63,852 nucleotides of DNA, filler included, from Chrysochromulina tobinii (GCA_001275005.1; 9 parts of 9 records of this genome joined end to end with filler, not necessarily neighbours in it); one strand, 5' to 3'; positions 43,586 through 55,916 are shown, counted from the first letter of the whole stretch. Program-made: numbers and translations. The notes: generated by a model from the letters alone, not told the origin.

Positions 43586-44445
43586 GTAAGGCGGGTGCTG
43601 TTGAGAAGGTGCTAGGTGGGCGCGCTGCCGCTAAGGAGGTGCAGATGACCAAAACCCGAATCGGCTGCTTCGCCATCAGCGCGGCGATCCGTTCGTACCC
43701 TAACCTCTCAGGCCAACCCCCGCCCACATAACGCACCTGTCCAGGACGCGGCCTCAGGCTCAGCCACGCCCTACCGTGGGCCAGCATTTTATGCATTTCG
43801 CTTTTCGGGTTTTGGCACCCCCCAAAACGAACATCGTGTGTTGGTTGTAAGTACTGTATATTCTCTGACCCCCCAATGTCTCACTGGGACCCAGGTCGGA
43901 CCCGCCCGCCGCCCGCGGACCGACCGGACCGCCGGACGATTCACGAAAACGTACCGGCAATTCCGGGATTCATACATTCATGCGTACTTGGGTTCCGTTC
44001 CCCTCGTTAGCCTTACAGCCGATCGCCCCACCTAAGGTGAAGCGGTCGCACCTACAGCTCGCGTACCCCGTTGCGCTCACTATGTTGAAACACCATACCG
44101 TGTGAAACCGGACCATAGAGGATAGAGCGGAGCACCGTACGGGGCAACTACCTGTGTTGCCCGATGTTGGAGTGCGGTGCGAATCGACGCGGTTTATGTA
44201 CGCGCCACATTTTTGCGTTCGTATGTACTGTAATCGATCTGACAAGACATGCAAATATTGCCTCTCATGATTTTATGTGCGGCCGTCGTGCAGACTCGAG
44301 ACTCAGAGGTGAGACTCGGCTGCATCGTGCTCCTTGAGTCCCTTGCTTTATCATGTGGCCTGAGTACTTAGTGAATAGCTGAAACCCGCACGCTTCCTGC
44401 GTGCGCCATCCCTCGCGTCGCGGCTATCTGCTTCATCGTCGAGGA

Positions 44446-46995
44446 TCAGGAATACATGAGATTGCGCTCCAAAGCCCAGTTGATGAACTGATTGAAGAGC
44501 ACGTGCTTTGCACGGCCGCCGGTAAGCGCGAGCCACTCGTCCTCTGCCTCGTCTTCACTGAGGCTGATGCCCCACTGTGCCAGCCTCGGGAGGGCCGCCT
44601 GGAACTCGACGCGGTCGACCCGCTGGTCGCGGTTCGTGTCCATGCGCGCGAAGGCCACATAGAGTTCAAAGTAGCGCAGCAAATAGCCGAGGAGCAACTG
44701 GAACTCATCCATCTCCACAAAGTCATCGTGTCGCTTCTTAGCGGCGGGAAGCCACTCGCTGTTGGCGGCCTTGGCATGGCTGAAGGCCTTTCGGAGCACA
44801 TGCTGCCACGAGTTCGCCCACCCGTAATTCTTGGATTGCATAAAGTCCGTGATCACACCGTCCATGAGCTTCCGCAGCGCAGTGGCTACCTCGTTGCAGC
44901 CGAGCGCGCCATTGCCGTTCAGGTCCCACTGCGCAAACATCGCCTTCCGCTTGTAAGCGGACTCCTCGTCGTCGCCCGCCGGGAGCGCAGCGCGTATCTT
45001 GCTGAAATCGAGGTTGTCGAGGAGCGCCGCCGCCTTGGCCGCCGCGTCCTCCTCCTCTTTTTGCGCCGACCAGGCTTTGCCTCCCCTGCCGCCGCCCGAC
45101 TGCCCGCCGGTAGCGCCGCCCTTGCCGCCGCCCTTGCGATTGGCAACGAAGGCCTTCCGCTGCGCCTCGCTCATGCTCGCGTATGCCGCGCGATCGGCGG
45201 GCGACATCTTGTCGTACGCCGCGCGCTGCTCGGCCGTCATCGCCTCATACGCCGCGCGCTCCGCCGGCGACATGTTCTGGTAGAGCGCGCGCTGCTCGGG
45301 CGTGAGCTTCACTAGGCCTGGCAAGTCTTCCACACCCATCGTGTCCCTCATGTAGGCAGCGCGCTGCTCGGCCGTCATGCTCGCATAGCGCATGCGCTCC
45401 TCCTCACTCATCGAGGCGAAGGCCGCGCGCTCGGCGTCGCTCATATTCTCGTACAGCCGCTTCTGATCGTCGGGCAGCGCGGCGAGCGCCGCGGCCGAGA
45501 GGGGAGGGCCCACCACGCCCTGCTGGCGCATCAACTTGGCGCGCTCCTCGGGCGACATGGCCGCAAAGGCCGCGCGCTCCTCTGCACTCATGGCCGCAAA
45601 CACTGCCTTCTCCGCCTCGCTCATGCTCTGGTACAAGGCCTTCTGCTCCGCGGGCAGCGCCGCAATCGCCGCAGCCCCGAGCGTCTCGCCCACGACGCCC
45701 ATCTGTCGCATCATCTTCTTGCGCTCATCAGGGCTCATGGCCTGGTACGCCGCGCGCTCCGCGTCGGTCATGTTCGCAAAGGCCGCCATCTCGGCTTTGC
45801 TCATGCCCGCCATCGTCGCGAGAAGGGCTGCCTTCTCCTCGTCGGACATGGACTCGAAGGCCTTCCGCTGCTCGTCGCTCATGCCCGCGTACGCCGCTTG
45901 CTCCTCGGGCGACATCTTCTCGTACATCGCGCGCTGCTCGGGCGTGAGCTTCTCGAGCTCTTCGTCCGAAAACCCGCTCGCTGCGCCCCGCTTCGGACGG
46001 GGCGCGCGCGGCTGCTTCATTCGGGCGGCGGCGGCTTTCTGCCTCGCCATCTCCTCCCCTTGCTCCCTCGCGAGCGCGTCGGCGGCGGCTTGCGCCGCTT
46101 CTCGCTTCTGCTGCTGCTCGAGCTCCCGCTGCTGCTTCTGCTCGTCCCACTGCAGCCGCTGCCGCCGCTGCGCCTCTGCCTGAGCCCTGCCGAGGCTCGC
46201 GTTCGCCGCGATGCTGTCCGCATGGGCCTCGGCGCTCTTGCGAAGGGCGGCGAGGGCGGCGGGGTCGACCCGACCTGGGCGCGCGTTGTGCTCCTTGAGC
46301 TCCCGCAGCGCTCGCTCGCGTGCCCGCCGCTGCCGGACGTGGAACGGTGTGTCGTAGGAGAGGAGCGCCGCCCACGAGCCGGCGCTATCCGAGGCGCTGT
46401 GCCGCTGAGGGGTGACCAGACCTTGGCGGGGCTCCACGAGGGGGTTTGCGGTCGCGCGGTGCGCGCCGAGCGACCGGGCGAGCGGCAAGCGCGGCAGGGT
46501 TGGCGAAGGCGGCTGAGAGTTGAGCCTCCAGGCGAGCGGCGATCGGGCGCTCGGCCGGAAGGTTGGGCTGCTCGAGGATGGTCCCAAGAGTGGCTCGAGT
46601 TGCTTTCGGTGCGCGAGCGGGTTGGCGTCGAGGTCGTAGCTTAAGAGGCCGAGCCGCAACAGCGGTGCGCGTGGTAATGTCAGAGGGGAGGCGTTGACGT
46701 GGGTCAACGCGCCCTCAGGGCTCAGTCGGTCGAGCTGGCTTGCAGGCGATGGAGACGGCTCGGAGGCTGTACGCCTTTGGCCGCTGTGGTCCTTGATTGG
46801 CAGGAACGGCAGCGATATTGACCGGTCGGACAGGGCGCGCGTAAGCACGGGCGCAATGGCCACGTGCGAGGCCATGGGACCCGGGTCGGTGAAAGGCGGC
46901 GGCCACCAAGGCTGCAGGCCCACACTGGAATCGACGAGGCGATTGAGATGTAACGTGAACGCATTCGCGCTACCAAGTTTTAACGAAACTGTCAT
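44446..46995 (-). CDS. Protein with a coiled coil, 11-residue MS.EERAAY..-type repeats and a C-terminal calflagin-like EF-hand domain
   Basis: KRKAMFAQWDLNGNGAL, DDFVEMDEFQLLLGYLLRYFELYVAFARMDTNRDQRVDRVEF and VLFNQFINWAL resemble the flagellar calcium-binding protein family. Confidence 0.75.
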   Translation of the reverse strand: MTVSLKLGSANAFTLHLNRLVDSSVGLQPWWPPPFTDPGPMASHVAIAPVLTRALSDRSISLPFLPIKDHSGQRRTASEPSPSPASQLDRLSPEGALTHVNASPLTLPRAPLLRLGLLSYDLDANPLAHRKQLEPLLGPSSSSPTFRPSARSPLAWRLNSQPPSPTLPRLPLARSLGAHRATANPLVEPRQGLVTPQRHSASDSAGSWAALLSYDTPFHVRQRRARERALRELKEHNARPGRVDPAALAALRKSAEAHADSIAANASLGRAQAEAQRRQRLQWDEQKQQRELEQQQKREAAQAAADALAREQGEEMARQKAAAARMKQPRAPRPKRGAASGFSDEELEKLTPEQRAMYEKMSPEEQAAYAGMSDEQRKAFESMSDEEKAALLATMAGMSKAEMAAFANMTDAERAAYQAMSPDERKKMMRQMGVVGETLGAAAIAALPAEQKALYQSMSEAEKAVFAAMSAEERAAFAAMSPEERAKLMRQQGVVGPPLSAAALAALPDDQKRLYENMSDAERAAFASMSEEERMRYASMTAEQRAAYMRDTMGVEDLPGLVKLTPEQRALYQNMSPAERAAYEAMTAEQRAAYDKMSPADRAAYASMSEAQRKAFVANRKGGGKGGATGGQSGGGRGGKAWSAQKEEEDAAAKAAALLDNLDFSKIRAALPAGDDEESAYKRKAMFAQWDLNGNGALGCNEVATALRKLMDGVITDFMQSKNYGWANSWQHVLRKAFSHAKAANSEWLPAAKKRHDDFVEMDEFQLLLGYLLRYFELYVAFARMDTNRDQRVDRVEFQAALPRLAQWGISLSEDEAEDEWLALTGGRAKHVLFNQFINWALERNLMYS

Positions 46996-47514
46996 CAGTG
47001 CTGAAACTTTTCAACACAACACTACGGACCCTGACGAGCAAACATCTCGTCTTCCCACAGCCCGCGGAAGCAGAAGTGCGTCCACAGCCATGAGTGAGTG
47101 AGTGAGTTATTGAGACACAGACACACCGTGGAACAATACGGGGTACATGTATCCGGATACGGGTCGAGATACCCACTGAGGCTCCTACTCACTCACTCAC
47201 TCACAGCCATGGTAAGTGTCCTGTGGGGTGCTTCACTTCCGTGTGGTGGTTACAAACAGTGGTTACAAAAAAGAGGGGGGGCGGCCCCCCCCGAGGGGGG
47301 GGGCACTTACGTCGATGAGCGTGTGAAGCGCACGCTCGCGAGACACCGGAACAGGTCGGTGTAGGTGAAGGAAGCCTTCGTACAATAAAACGAACAACCC
47401 CAACACCGATACGGNNNNNNNNNNNNNNNNNNNNNNNNNNNNNNNNNNNNNNNNNNNNTTAATTAATTAANNNNNNNNNNNNNNNNNNNNNNNNNNNNNN
47501 NNNNNNNNNNNNNN

Positions 47515-48404
47515 CGCCACCGCCCTCGCCACTTCCGCCCTCGCCACCGCTGCCGCCGCCGCCCTCGCCGCCGCCACCCTCGCCCTCGCTGCCGCCGCCG
47601 CCCATCGTCGCCGCCGTCTCGATGGCCGTCGTCGTGACCGGCAGCGTGTCCGACTTCACGCCTACGGCTCGTCTCGAGCTGCGCACCGCCGTTGCAACCC
47701 AAGCGAGCGTCGCCGTTAGTGCCGTCACGCTCGACGTGACGCCCTTGCCCAATGGCACGGCGAGCGGGCGTCGGAAGCTGCAAGGCAGCGCAGTCAAGCT
47801 TACCTTCACGATCGTCGTCGAGTCGGCCGCGACGGCGGCGACGACGGTCAACGCGCTCGGCGCACGCCTTGCGAACGCGACGACGGCGAGCACGTTCCTC
47901 ACCACAAGCTCCTACACGGCCACAGTCCTCACAATCGCCAGAGCGCCCATCGCGGCCTACCCGCCGCCACCGCCACCGGCAGGTCTTTGCCTTGAGACTT
48001 GCATGGTGGGTAACATCCCCTATGCCTCGGATGGCATCTGTGACGACGGTGGCCCCGGAGCTGAGGTCTCAGCGTGTCCGCACGGCACCGACTGCGCCGA
48101 CTGCGGCGTTCGGGTGTTGCCGCCTCCGCCGCCGCCCCGAGCCCCAAGACCGAAACCCATCGAAGGACCCTTTTTCAGCGGTCTCACGCCCGTTGCCATC
48201 GGCCTCATCGGCGTCCTGAGCGCGGTCTTCGCCTGCGCCCTCGGATACGCGTTCTTCCGAGCGCTCTTCACACGAGACGGTGTGCCTACGGGTAGCCAGG
48301 AGCGCAAGCAAAATGGACGCAGCACGGGCTTGACAGCACCTGAGGGCGGTGAATTGATTCTCGGAGTTACTGCCGCCGGTTCTAGAACTGTCGCATCTAT
48401 TTGA
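47515..48404 (+). CDS. 5'-partial Pro-rich type I membrane protein with one Cys-rich CDDGGPG...C..GTDCADCG module
   Basis: Same module as 28083-29376; RRKLQ motif; TM VAIGLIGVLSAVFACALGYAFF. Confidence 0.7.
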
Positions 48405-48604
48405 CAATAGATGGACTCAGCTTTTCATTTCAGTTCATTTCAGTGTGTGTCAAGTGCAGCTCGGAGGACTTTCAGTGGGATACTGAAACACTGTCGTGTA
48501 AAGCAGTTGGTTAACCGTGGAGTGTCGTGTCTGTTGACCAATCTGTGTCCGCTATTCCTAACTGTGACGGTGTTAGTGCATAACGGTTTTTCTTCTTGTT
48601 TTTC

Positions 48605-50356
48605 TCAGAATGTATTGCGGCCTGGTGCACTGTGCACTGAGTTGAAGAGGCCAACTAGAGCTAGCTCGAGAGCGCGCCCCGTGCACATCGCATCGACCAC
48701 ATCACGCACGCCGATCGCGGCGGAGTCGGGCGGACAGCTCTGCTGCAGCTCTCGCAAGGTTGCAACGGCCATCCCTTCGAGCAGCTCCGCGCTGTGGTCG
48801 TCGTGACTTCGTCTGCGCTTCGTCTGCCGCTCGGCTGTGCCATCACCCCGCCCAGCATGCATGTGCTCACCACGACGCTCGGATGTGCCATCACCCCCGC
48901 TCTTGATCGCACTGCCGCTCCTGCCCTCGCCGCCGCCCTCGCCCTCGCCCTTGCCCTCGATCTCGCCGTCACTCTCGCCGTCACTCTCGCCTTCATGAGC
49001 AGTCAGCAAGGCAGCAGTGACTAACCGACCGAGAGGCGCACTCACGCACTCAACCCATGCCAGCTCAGACACCGCGTCGGGCGCCGTTTCGGGCGCCGTT
49101 TCGGGCGTCGCCCGCCGCAGCGCGAGGCGCGCACGCAGTGTCATCGCCGCCGCTGCGAGGCAAATATCCGAGCACACTACGCTGGCCACTGCCGGCCACT
49201 GGAGCGAGGTTTTGAGCGCGCCGAGACGAGCGTCGAGCTCGTCTGTGAAGTCGACCCGCGCCTCGGGCGTCGGCCTGCCTGCTAGCACCGCCGCCCGCCC
49301 CACCGTCACCTCCACCGCCTCCTCCACCTCCGCCTCTACCTCCGCCTGGCAGAGCCACTGAGCAAGTGCGAGGAGCAAGGCGCTCAGCCGCTCGCTACGG
49401 CACCAAGTCGTCTCTGTGGGGTTGATCCAGCCGCCGCGCGGGCGCTCGCTCGCGCCTTCACCTGCCGCCCACGACGGCGCGTCCCAAATTAGTCCGCTCA
49501 CGAGCGCGCCCACTACGGCGCGCACGAGCGCCTCCCGCACTCGATCTTCGTCGTCGTCGGGGGACTCGAGCCACGTGTTCACGCTGAGCGCGTACCCACG
49601 CGCCGTGCCGGGCGTGCTCACGCGATGCCACCAGTGCTTCGGCACGAAGAGCACGTCACCAGGCTGTAGCTCGACAGTGGCGCCTCCTGGCGCGTCAGCG
49701 TCGGGCGCATCAGCGAAGACAGAGCTCTCCTCGTACGGCACGCGGCTCGGCCACAGCCCTGCACTCGACGGCGGGTGCAGTCGCCATCGCTTGACGCCGC
49801 AGATCTGAGCGACCACGTTATTGCCGTACGTGTCGTAGTGTGTCGGCGTGTGCGCGCCCGTGGTGCCTAGTCAGAGGGTCGTGTGCTCGCCGCTGCGCGC
49901 GACGCCGGTGAAAGACCAGTCGATGGAGGCCAGTGCGCTCGGCGCGTCGGCAAACACAGCCGCCATGTCTTGGTAGTCCGAGTATGCAACAAAGGCCTCG
50001 GGAGGGTAGCGCTCTGCGAGGGAGGTCGCAGCACTGGCATCGTCGTCGCCAGGAGCGCCGCCAGCGGCGTCGCCAGCGGTGGCGGCGGCGCCCAGGCGAA
50101 GCCACGCGCAGAAGCAAGCCAGCGTCATCGACTCGTACACGCATTCGCCCTCGTAGAGCTCGCCGGCCGCACGTGGGTGCAGCCTCACGCATACCTTCGC
50201 CGCTCCAAAGTCGCGAGCAAGCGACGTGAGTGACCACGCTCGCGCCTTCCAATGGCGAATCGCACCGCGCAGCACAAAGGGCTCGGAAGAGTCGCTGATC
50301 CAGGCTTCGGCTGGGGAGCTGCATAAAGGAACGTCGATCGTCCGAATGAGCGTCAT
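48605..50356 (-). pseudogene. HSPBAP1-like JmjC (cupin) protein interrupted by one in-frame TGA
   Basis: PFVLRGAIRHWKARAWS, YEGECVYESMTL..F, YSDYQDM, TTL*LGTTGAHTPTHYDTYGNNVVAQICGVKRWRLHPP, SRVPYEESSVF, LQPGDVLFVPKHWWHRV; TGA at 49871-49873. Confidence 0.75.
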
Positions 50357-50682
50357 GGCGAGGGCTGCCTACGGACCCCGAGCATGCCCGAGCGGCCGTG
50401 AACCACCGTGTGAAGAGACAGAGTCGCGCTCACCAGGAGCCTCCGCAAGTTTCAACACGCGACCAGGTTTACATCGTGTTTCGCTCACATTCACAGGATT
50501 CACACCTTCACCTAAATAAACACCGGCGGGTACCGCACGGGGGCGGTGCGTCGCTGATTCCTACCTTTGCTTATGAACCCCTTATGTCGCAGCTTCCTGT
50601 GTGAAGCCGGAGTGGAACGTGGGACAGGATCCGATGGCGAACACGTTGTTCTAAATTTGGAACGTTGTTTAGAATCCCTCTC

Positions 50683-53226
50683 ATGTCGGATCGCGAATAT
50701 CTTGCCGCGAACGGCGTCCAGGAGGCGTTGGCCGCGGCGGTGCTCGAAGTGCTGCAAACACGCCCCGCCCAACCCCTTCTGGCAATCTGCAAATTTCTGG
50801 CCTCCAAGGAGGCGGCACAGGAGGGACAGGCGGCTGCAGCTGCGTCGGCCGCTGCTGGCGGCGGCGGCGCGGCAGTCAGCCACGCCGAGCGCTTCCTCCA
50901 GCTCTTCCAGCCCAAGCCATTACCGAGGCCACGTGCTCGAGCTGCCATTGTGGATGCAGTCACGGAGGCCACGCTGGACGCACTGTTTGATGCAATTGAC
51001 ACAGACCACAGTGGCACGCTCGATGCCAACGAGCTCCTTGCAATCCTGCTCAAGATGGGCTTCTCCGGTCTCGACGAGGAGGCGTGTAACGCACTGATTC
51101 GTGAGGTCGATTTGAATGGTGACAGCTTGGTGCAGCGCGAAGAATTTGCGGCCCTTGTTACGCCAACGGCGCCGCTCGATGGCGCGCGCCCGCATCTGGT
51201 CCTCCACTTCGATGTCAACATGACGGTGATCATGCTTGACAGTGCCATCGGCGGAGACTCGGCGAAGATCCTCAACATGGTGCTGTCCAACTGCGTGTGG
51301 GGCAAAGTGACGCCCGCCGAGCCTGAGCCCACGTGGGAGCTCGTCAGCGAGATACCCTCTCCCACGGCGCCGGAGATCGGGCTGCAGACGTACGCTGAGT
51401 ACGTGATGAGCGTGACCGACGTCAAGGGCATGAGCGACGTGACGAAGATTAGGGAGACCAAGGCACGACGGCGTAAGGCGCTGCAGAATTTCACCTCCGC
51501 CGGAGCGCCCGGCGCGGCGCTCGCTGCGCTGCTGCGGAGCATGGCCGATGCGCTCAAGTTGCCCAAGCAGCTGATCTCGGACGAGCAAGCCGATGAGCTC
51601 AAGCGCCTCGGACTCGACGGCGGCGTGTGCGTGCTGCTGCCTTCGTTCCTTCACTTGCTGCGCGAGCTCAAGAAGACGGGCCGCAGCTTCTCCATCTGCT
51701 TCCGTACGTTTGGCTCTGACCTCCCAAAGATAGCCGCCGAGTATGTACCCCATCCCGCGCCCCGCCCTGTGCTGCCCACGCCCTGTGCTGCCCACGCCCT
51801 GTGCTGCGCATGCCCTGTGCTGCCCACGCCCTGTGCTGCGCATGCCCTGTGCTGCCCACGCCCTGTGCTGCGCCACCCTGTAGCCACGGGCCTGCCCAGC
51901 ACCCCAACATGCAATCCTACACCACATCTGTAACGGCCACACAGGTACATTGCTCTCTGCATGCATGCATGCAATCCTACACCACATCTGTAACGGCCGC
52001 GCAGGTACAATGCTCTCTGCGAGGGGACGCACCCGCTCTTTCCGGGGCGCGACGTCGTTCTCGACGGCTCCGACGGCGGCCCCGACATGCGCATCGACAT
52101 GGGCCAAGTTGATAAGTGTGGCACGTTCGTGCGCGACGGCGCAGGCAAGATAGCGCTTGTGCTTGGGACGATCGAGCAGCCGGATCGCGCGCAGGCGAGC
52201 TCGTACGACGAGATTGCCAAATTCTACGCGGCGTATGACCCGCCGGTACGTGTGATGCCGGCCATCGAAGCGGCCAACACGCTCGATTTCCTTCTGGGCC
52301 CGGCGGCACCGCGCACTCTCGCGCTGCGAGACTATTACAGCGGCTGGGAGGCAGTCGGCTGCCAGGCCCATGGGGGCAAGCCCCTGCTGCTCAAGTCGTC
52401 GCCTACGGAGCTTCAGATTTTCTTTGACGGTGAGCTATGCACGAACCGCTGCCGCCCCTCCATTCCCCACCCCCTTCCCTCCCCCTTTCCCTTTCCCTCC
52501 CAACCCCTCCCACACCCTTCCCCCCTACCCCACCCACACACTCGGCGACGTCCTGGAGCCCCCCTTGGACTACCCTCGGACAGATCACATCACCTCGCAT
52601 GACGCCCACATCATCGACTGCCGCCGTGCCGCTGACCCGGATGCAGAGCCTCTGCCGATCGCTGCGACGCTCGGGATCCACTTGGTCAAAGCCGAGCCGG
52701 TACGCTCAACACCGACGACCATGTGCCAGTGTGCGCCTTCGCACGAATGGAGTGAAGCGCATGGATCCATGTCCCCGATGGTCAGCGCGGATGTATGATC
52801 GATACGCCATACTCCGTCCCCATGCGCGCGCTCATCTGCATGTTAACGGCCACTGCATGGCAGGCTCATGAAGCCCTCTGGGCTAGCGAGCCCCGCCCTT
52901 GATCCCACGCCATCCCGCTGCCCTTCCGGTCGGTCCAGGTGCTCTCAATCTCCCAATCCTCTTACTTCGTCGACTGCATCGCTGAGGCCGAGAAGAAGTG
53001 GCGCATTCAGGCGGCGCGACGTGCAACGCTCGCCGAGGCGCTGCGCACATGCACGATCGACCTCAAGGGGTGGGCGCTTGTCAAGGCAGCAATCTCCGCG
53101 ACCGTCGCGGCACCCGGCGTGGCGCCCGCTTACAAATACGTCCCACATACGGCGACCGAGGCGGTGCTCAAGTCATCGACGTACAAGGCCGACCACGACG
53201 ACATGGTCCTGCTCGATTCCTGCTGA
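50683..53226 (+). CDS. Protein with a Dpy-30/RIIa-like N-terminal motif, an EF-hand pair and a HAD-like domain
   Basis: EYLAANGVQEALAAAVLEVLQTRPAQPL; EF hands DTDHSGTLDANE and DLNGDSLVQREE; LVLHFDVNMTVI, FRTFGSDL, IFFDDHI. Introns 51741-52004, 52430-52583 and 52700-52938. Confidence 0.7.
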
Positions 53227-54350
53227 CCTGATGGCTGATACTTGGGCCGCAAACGCAAACCCGTAGTGTTGGGACAATCATCGAGTATCGACTCTCTCTC
53301 TCTCTGTCTGTCTCTCTCTCTGTCTCTCTCTCTCTACCACAGAGCAGACAAACAATACTCGTACTTTACTCGTACTCATACACGCTCATGCAGTATCAGT
53401 AGTACTTTGAGGGTGAGGGGTTCCATTTCCAGGATCTCCTGCACCCGCTGCACCATGCGCTGCACGTGTGTTCGAGGGCGATCGAGTTTAATCGTCGTTA
53501 ATTATTTAATTCTGAACTGGCAACTGCCGGCTGTATGATTATTCAAGAATTGTGAATTCATTCAGTCTCAGAAGTTAAGAGGCTTAAGACGCCATATAGT
53601 CAAAGAGCCCAAGCCCATAATAACGAGGCGCCATATTAAATATAATTCAGAAACTTCGCTTTCTACGACGTAAAATGTCTTTTCAGTCTTTGTTCACATC
53701 ACACATGGCGAGCGAGTACAGTACTCAGATTCTCAGAAGTACTTGTGTTGACCGAGGGGTGCGGAGCCGTCCTTTGAGACAGTGATGTGGTGAGCGCGGG
53801 GGACCGTGACGAAATTTACTGACTGACTGATCACACATGGCCGACCGTTGGCTGCGTACAACTTTCACCCTCGTGATCGGGCCCATGCCCAGGATTCCAA
53901 ATCATGACTTTGTCTTCAACTAGCTTTTCGAAGATGTATCCCAGACCGTGGTCAAGCCGTAGTGGCATCACGCCGAGGCTGCGCGGGCTTCGACACGCGA
54001 CGCGGACCTCGTGGTCATAATTAACTCCGTAAATTCACGTTGACTGCAGAAAAATTCTTCCCCACCCCCGTTGGAACACCGGGAGGGAAGCCTCTGAGAT
54101 TAACCGCCCGCGTGAAAATAGCGCGCGCGCGACCCGATAGGTTTTGGCCGGCGGACCCATTTTTTTGCGTGTCCGTGTGTGTGTGTGAATTTAAAACAGG
54201 ACCACACAGTACAGCGGCGCTCATGCAGGCGCGTCCCCGGGGGGGCGCGCTTACATGACTACTGGCAACAGGCCAGCAAGCGGGGCGCCGCTAAGGAGGT
54301 GAGATTTCCTGGATGTGAATAAAAAAGCACAGCACCAAGTTTTACTTGGT

Positions 54351-55562
54351 TCAGACAGACTGAATGGCTGGGTGCCCCTGCCAGATAGACGCCTTTTGTA
54401 TCAGCGGGGTAATGTCGCCTGAATCTATAGCCGCCTGTATCAGCAGCTCGTGCATCGCGCGCTGGTTCAGCCGCTCGGCGAGATCAGCCGCGGTCTCGCC
54501 GTTGGCATCGAGCGCGCTGATGTCGGCGCCAGCGTCAATGAGCATGTGGGCGCACGTGATCGCGCCGCGCGCCGCGGCCCAGTGAATCGGGGAGCGGTCG
54601 CCGTCGACGTCACGACGGTTGACCGAGATTTGCTCCCTGATCCGCTCATCTTTCTCGACGATGTACGCGCGCAGCATGGACTCGAGCTCGCGCGGCTCGT
54701 TCCGCATGCAGAGCTGCGAGATCGCACCCTCATAGCCCGTCACCTTCTTTTTATCTTCGAGGGGCGGGCCGTAGTTGATGATCTTGTAGATCTCGGGCTG
54801 GTCGCACTCAAGTGCGAGCTCGGCCGGCGTGCGCCCTTGCTTGTCGCGCGCCTTCCTGTCCGCGCCCGCCTCGAGCAGAATGAAAACGATCTCACGATGG
54901 CCGCGCGCTGCCGCCCAATGCAGCGGCGTGCGGTCGTCGTCCCAGTCGAGCTTGTTGACGTTGTTGCCGAGCGCGATCTCCCCTTTGAGCTGTTTTGGCT
55001 GGTTGAAGGCCGCGCGAAGCGACAGGCCAACGAGCTCCTCGCACACTTGCTTCGGGTCGTTGTGCTTCGTCACCGTGAGAGCGTCGCTCACTTGCTTCGG
55101 GAACAGACCACTGATCGTTTGCCGCGCGGAGGTGAGAAGGCGCGACGAGAGCGGCGCGACTATATTGAGCGCACGCGCGCTCAACATGCGGAATGAGTTG
55201 ATGGTCGTGCCGATGGCGGGCTGGCTTTGAAGCACAGAAGGCCGCCGCAGAGGCGGCAGCGCGGACCGTGCACCTTGCGGCGGCGACGCGATTCCTTCGA
55301 ATGGCCTGCCTCCCTTCCGCGTCACATCCATTCGGTCACCCACTAAGCTTCGGTCAGCCACTTCGGCCTCCATGCGGCTCAGCTGCGCCGAGAGGGCCTG
55401 CATGGTGGTCAAGTAGGTCCCATTGATCTCGGCCAAAGGCGGCTTCTTTTCCATAGCCTCTGAGGCCGGAACATTGGGCGGAGAGTCTGCTGACGCGCTC
55501 GCTCCGGTGGGAGAAGCGTCCAGCGAGTCCGGGGCCGCCTCGGTCGACTGCTCCGCTCCCAT
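54351..55562 (-). CDS. Ankyrin-repeat protein with an N-myristoylation-like start (MGAEQS)
   Basis: RTPLHWAAARGHREIVFILLEAGAD, GRTPAELA, RSPIHWAAARGAITCAHMLIDAGAD, GETAADLA. Confidence 0.9.
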   Translation of the reverse strand: MGAEQSTEAAPDSLDASPTGASASADSPPNVPASEAMEKKPPLAEINGTYLTTMQALSAQLSRMEAEVADRSLVGDRMDVTRKGGRPFEGIASPPQGARSALPPLRRPSVLQSQPAIGTTINSFRMLSARALNIVAPLSSRLLTSARQTISGLFPKQVSDALTVTKHNDPKQVCEELVGLSLRAAFNQPKQLKGEIALGNNVNKLDWDDDRTPLHWAAARGHREIVFILLEAGADRKARDKQGRTPAELALECDQPEIYKIINYGPPLEDKKKVTGYEGAISQLCMRNEPRELESMLRAYIVEKDERIREQISVNRRDVDGDRSPIHWAAARGAITCAHMLIDAGADISALDANGETAADLAERLNQRAMHELLIQAAIDSGDITPLIQKASIWQGHPAIQSV

Positions 55563-55916
55563 AAATTGACCCGGACCAAAAATAGATCGCCGTTTCGGCC
55601 GAGGTTTCGGCCCTCCAAGTTTCCTTGAGTGGTCTCCAACGGGGAACTGCCCATTGGGGGGGGGGGGGGGGGGGGGNNNNNNNNNNNNNNNNNNNNNNNN
55701 NNNNNNNNNNNNNNNNNNNNTTAATTAATTAANNNNNNNNNNNNNNNNNNNNNNNNNNNNNNNNNNNNNNNNNNNNTGGCGATTCGCCGAGGCAGCTCGG
55801 ACGTGCTGCGGAGTGAGAGCGAGCGGAGCGTCGCCTCAGTGGGCTACTGCCCTTACCTGCCGCGTGCTGCCATCGCCTCGCCATCGTCGCCGTCGATGCA
55901 GTGACTCTGACGGTGT

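Noticed and set aside
53292..53335. (CT)n microsatellite, also (GA)n at about 29620-29640
   Set aside because: Ordinary simple repeats
55656..55676. Poly-G run at a contig end
   Set aside because: Likely a sequencing or assembly end artefact
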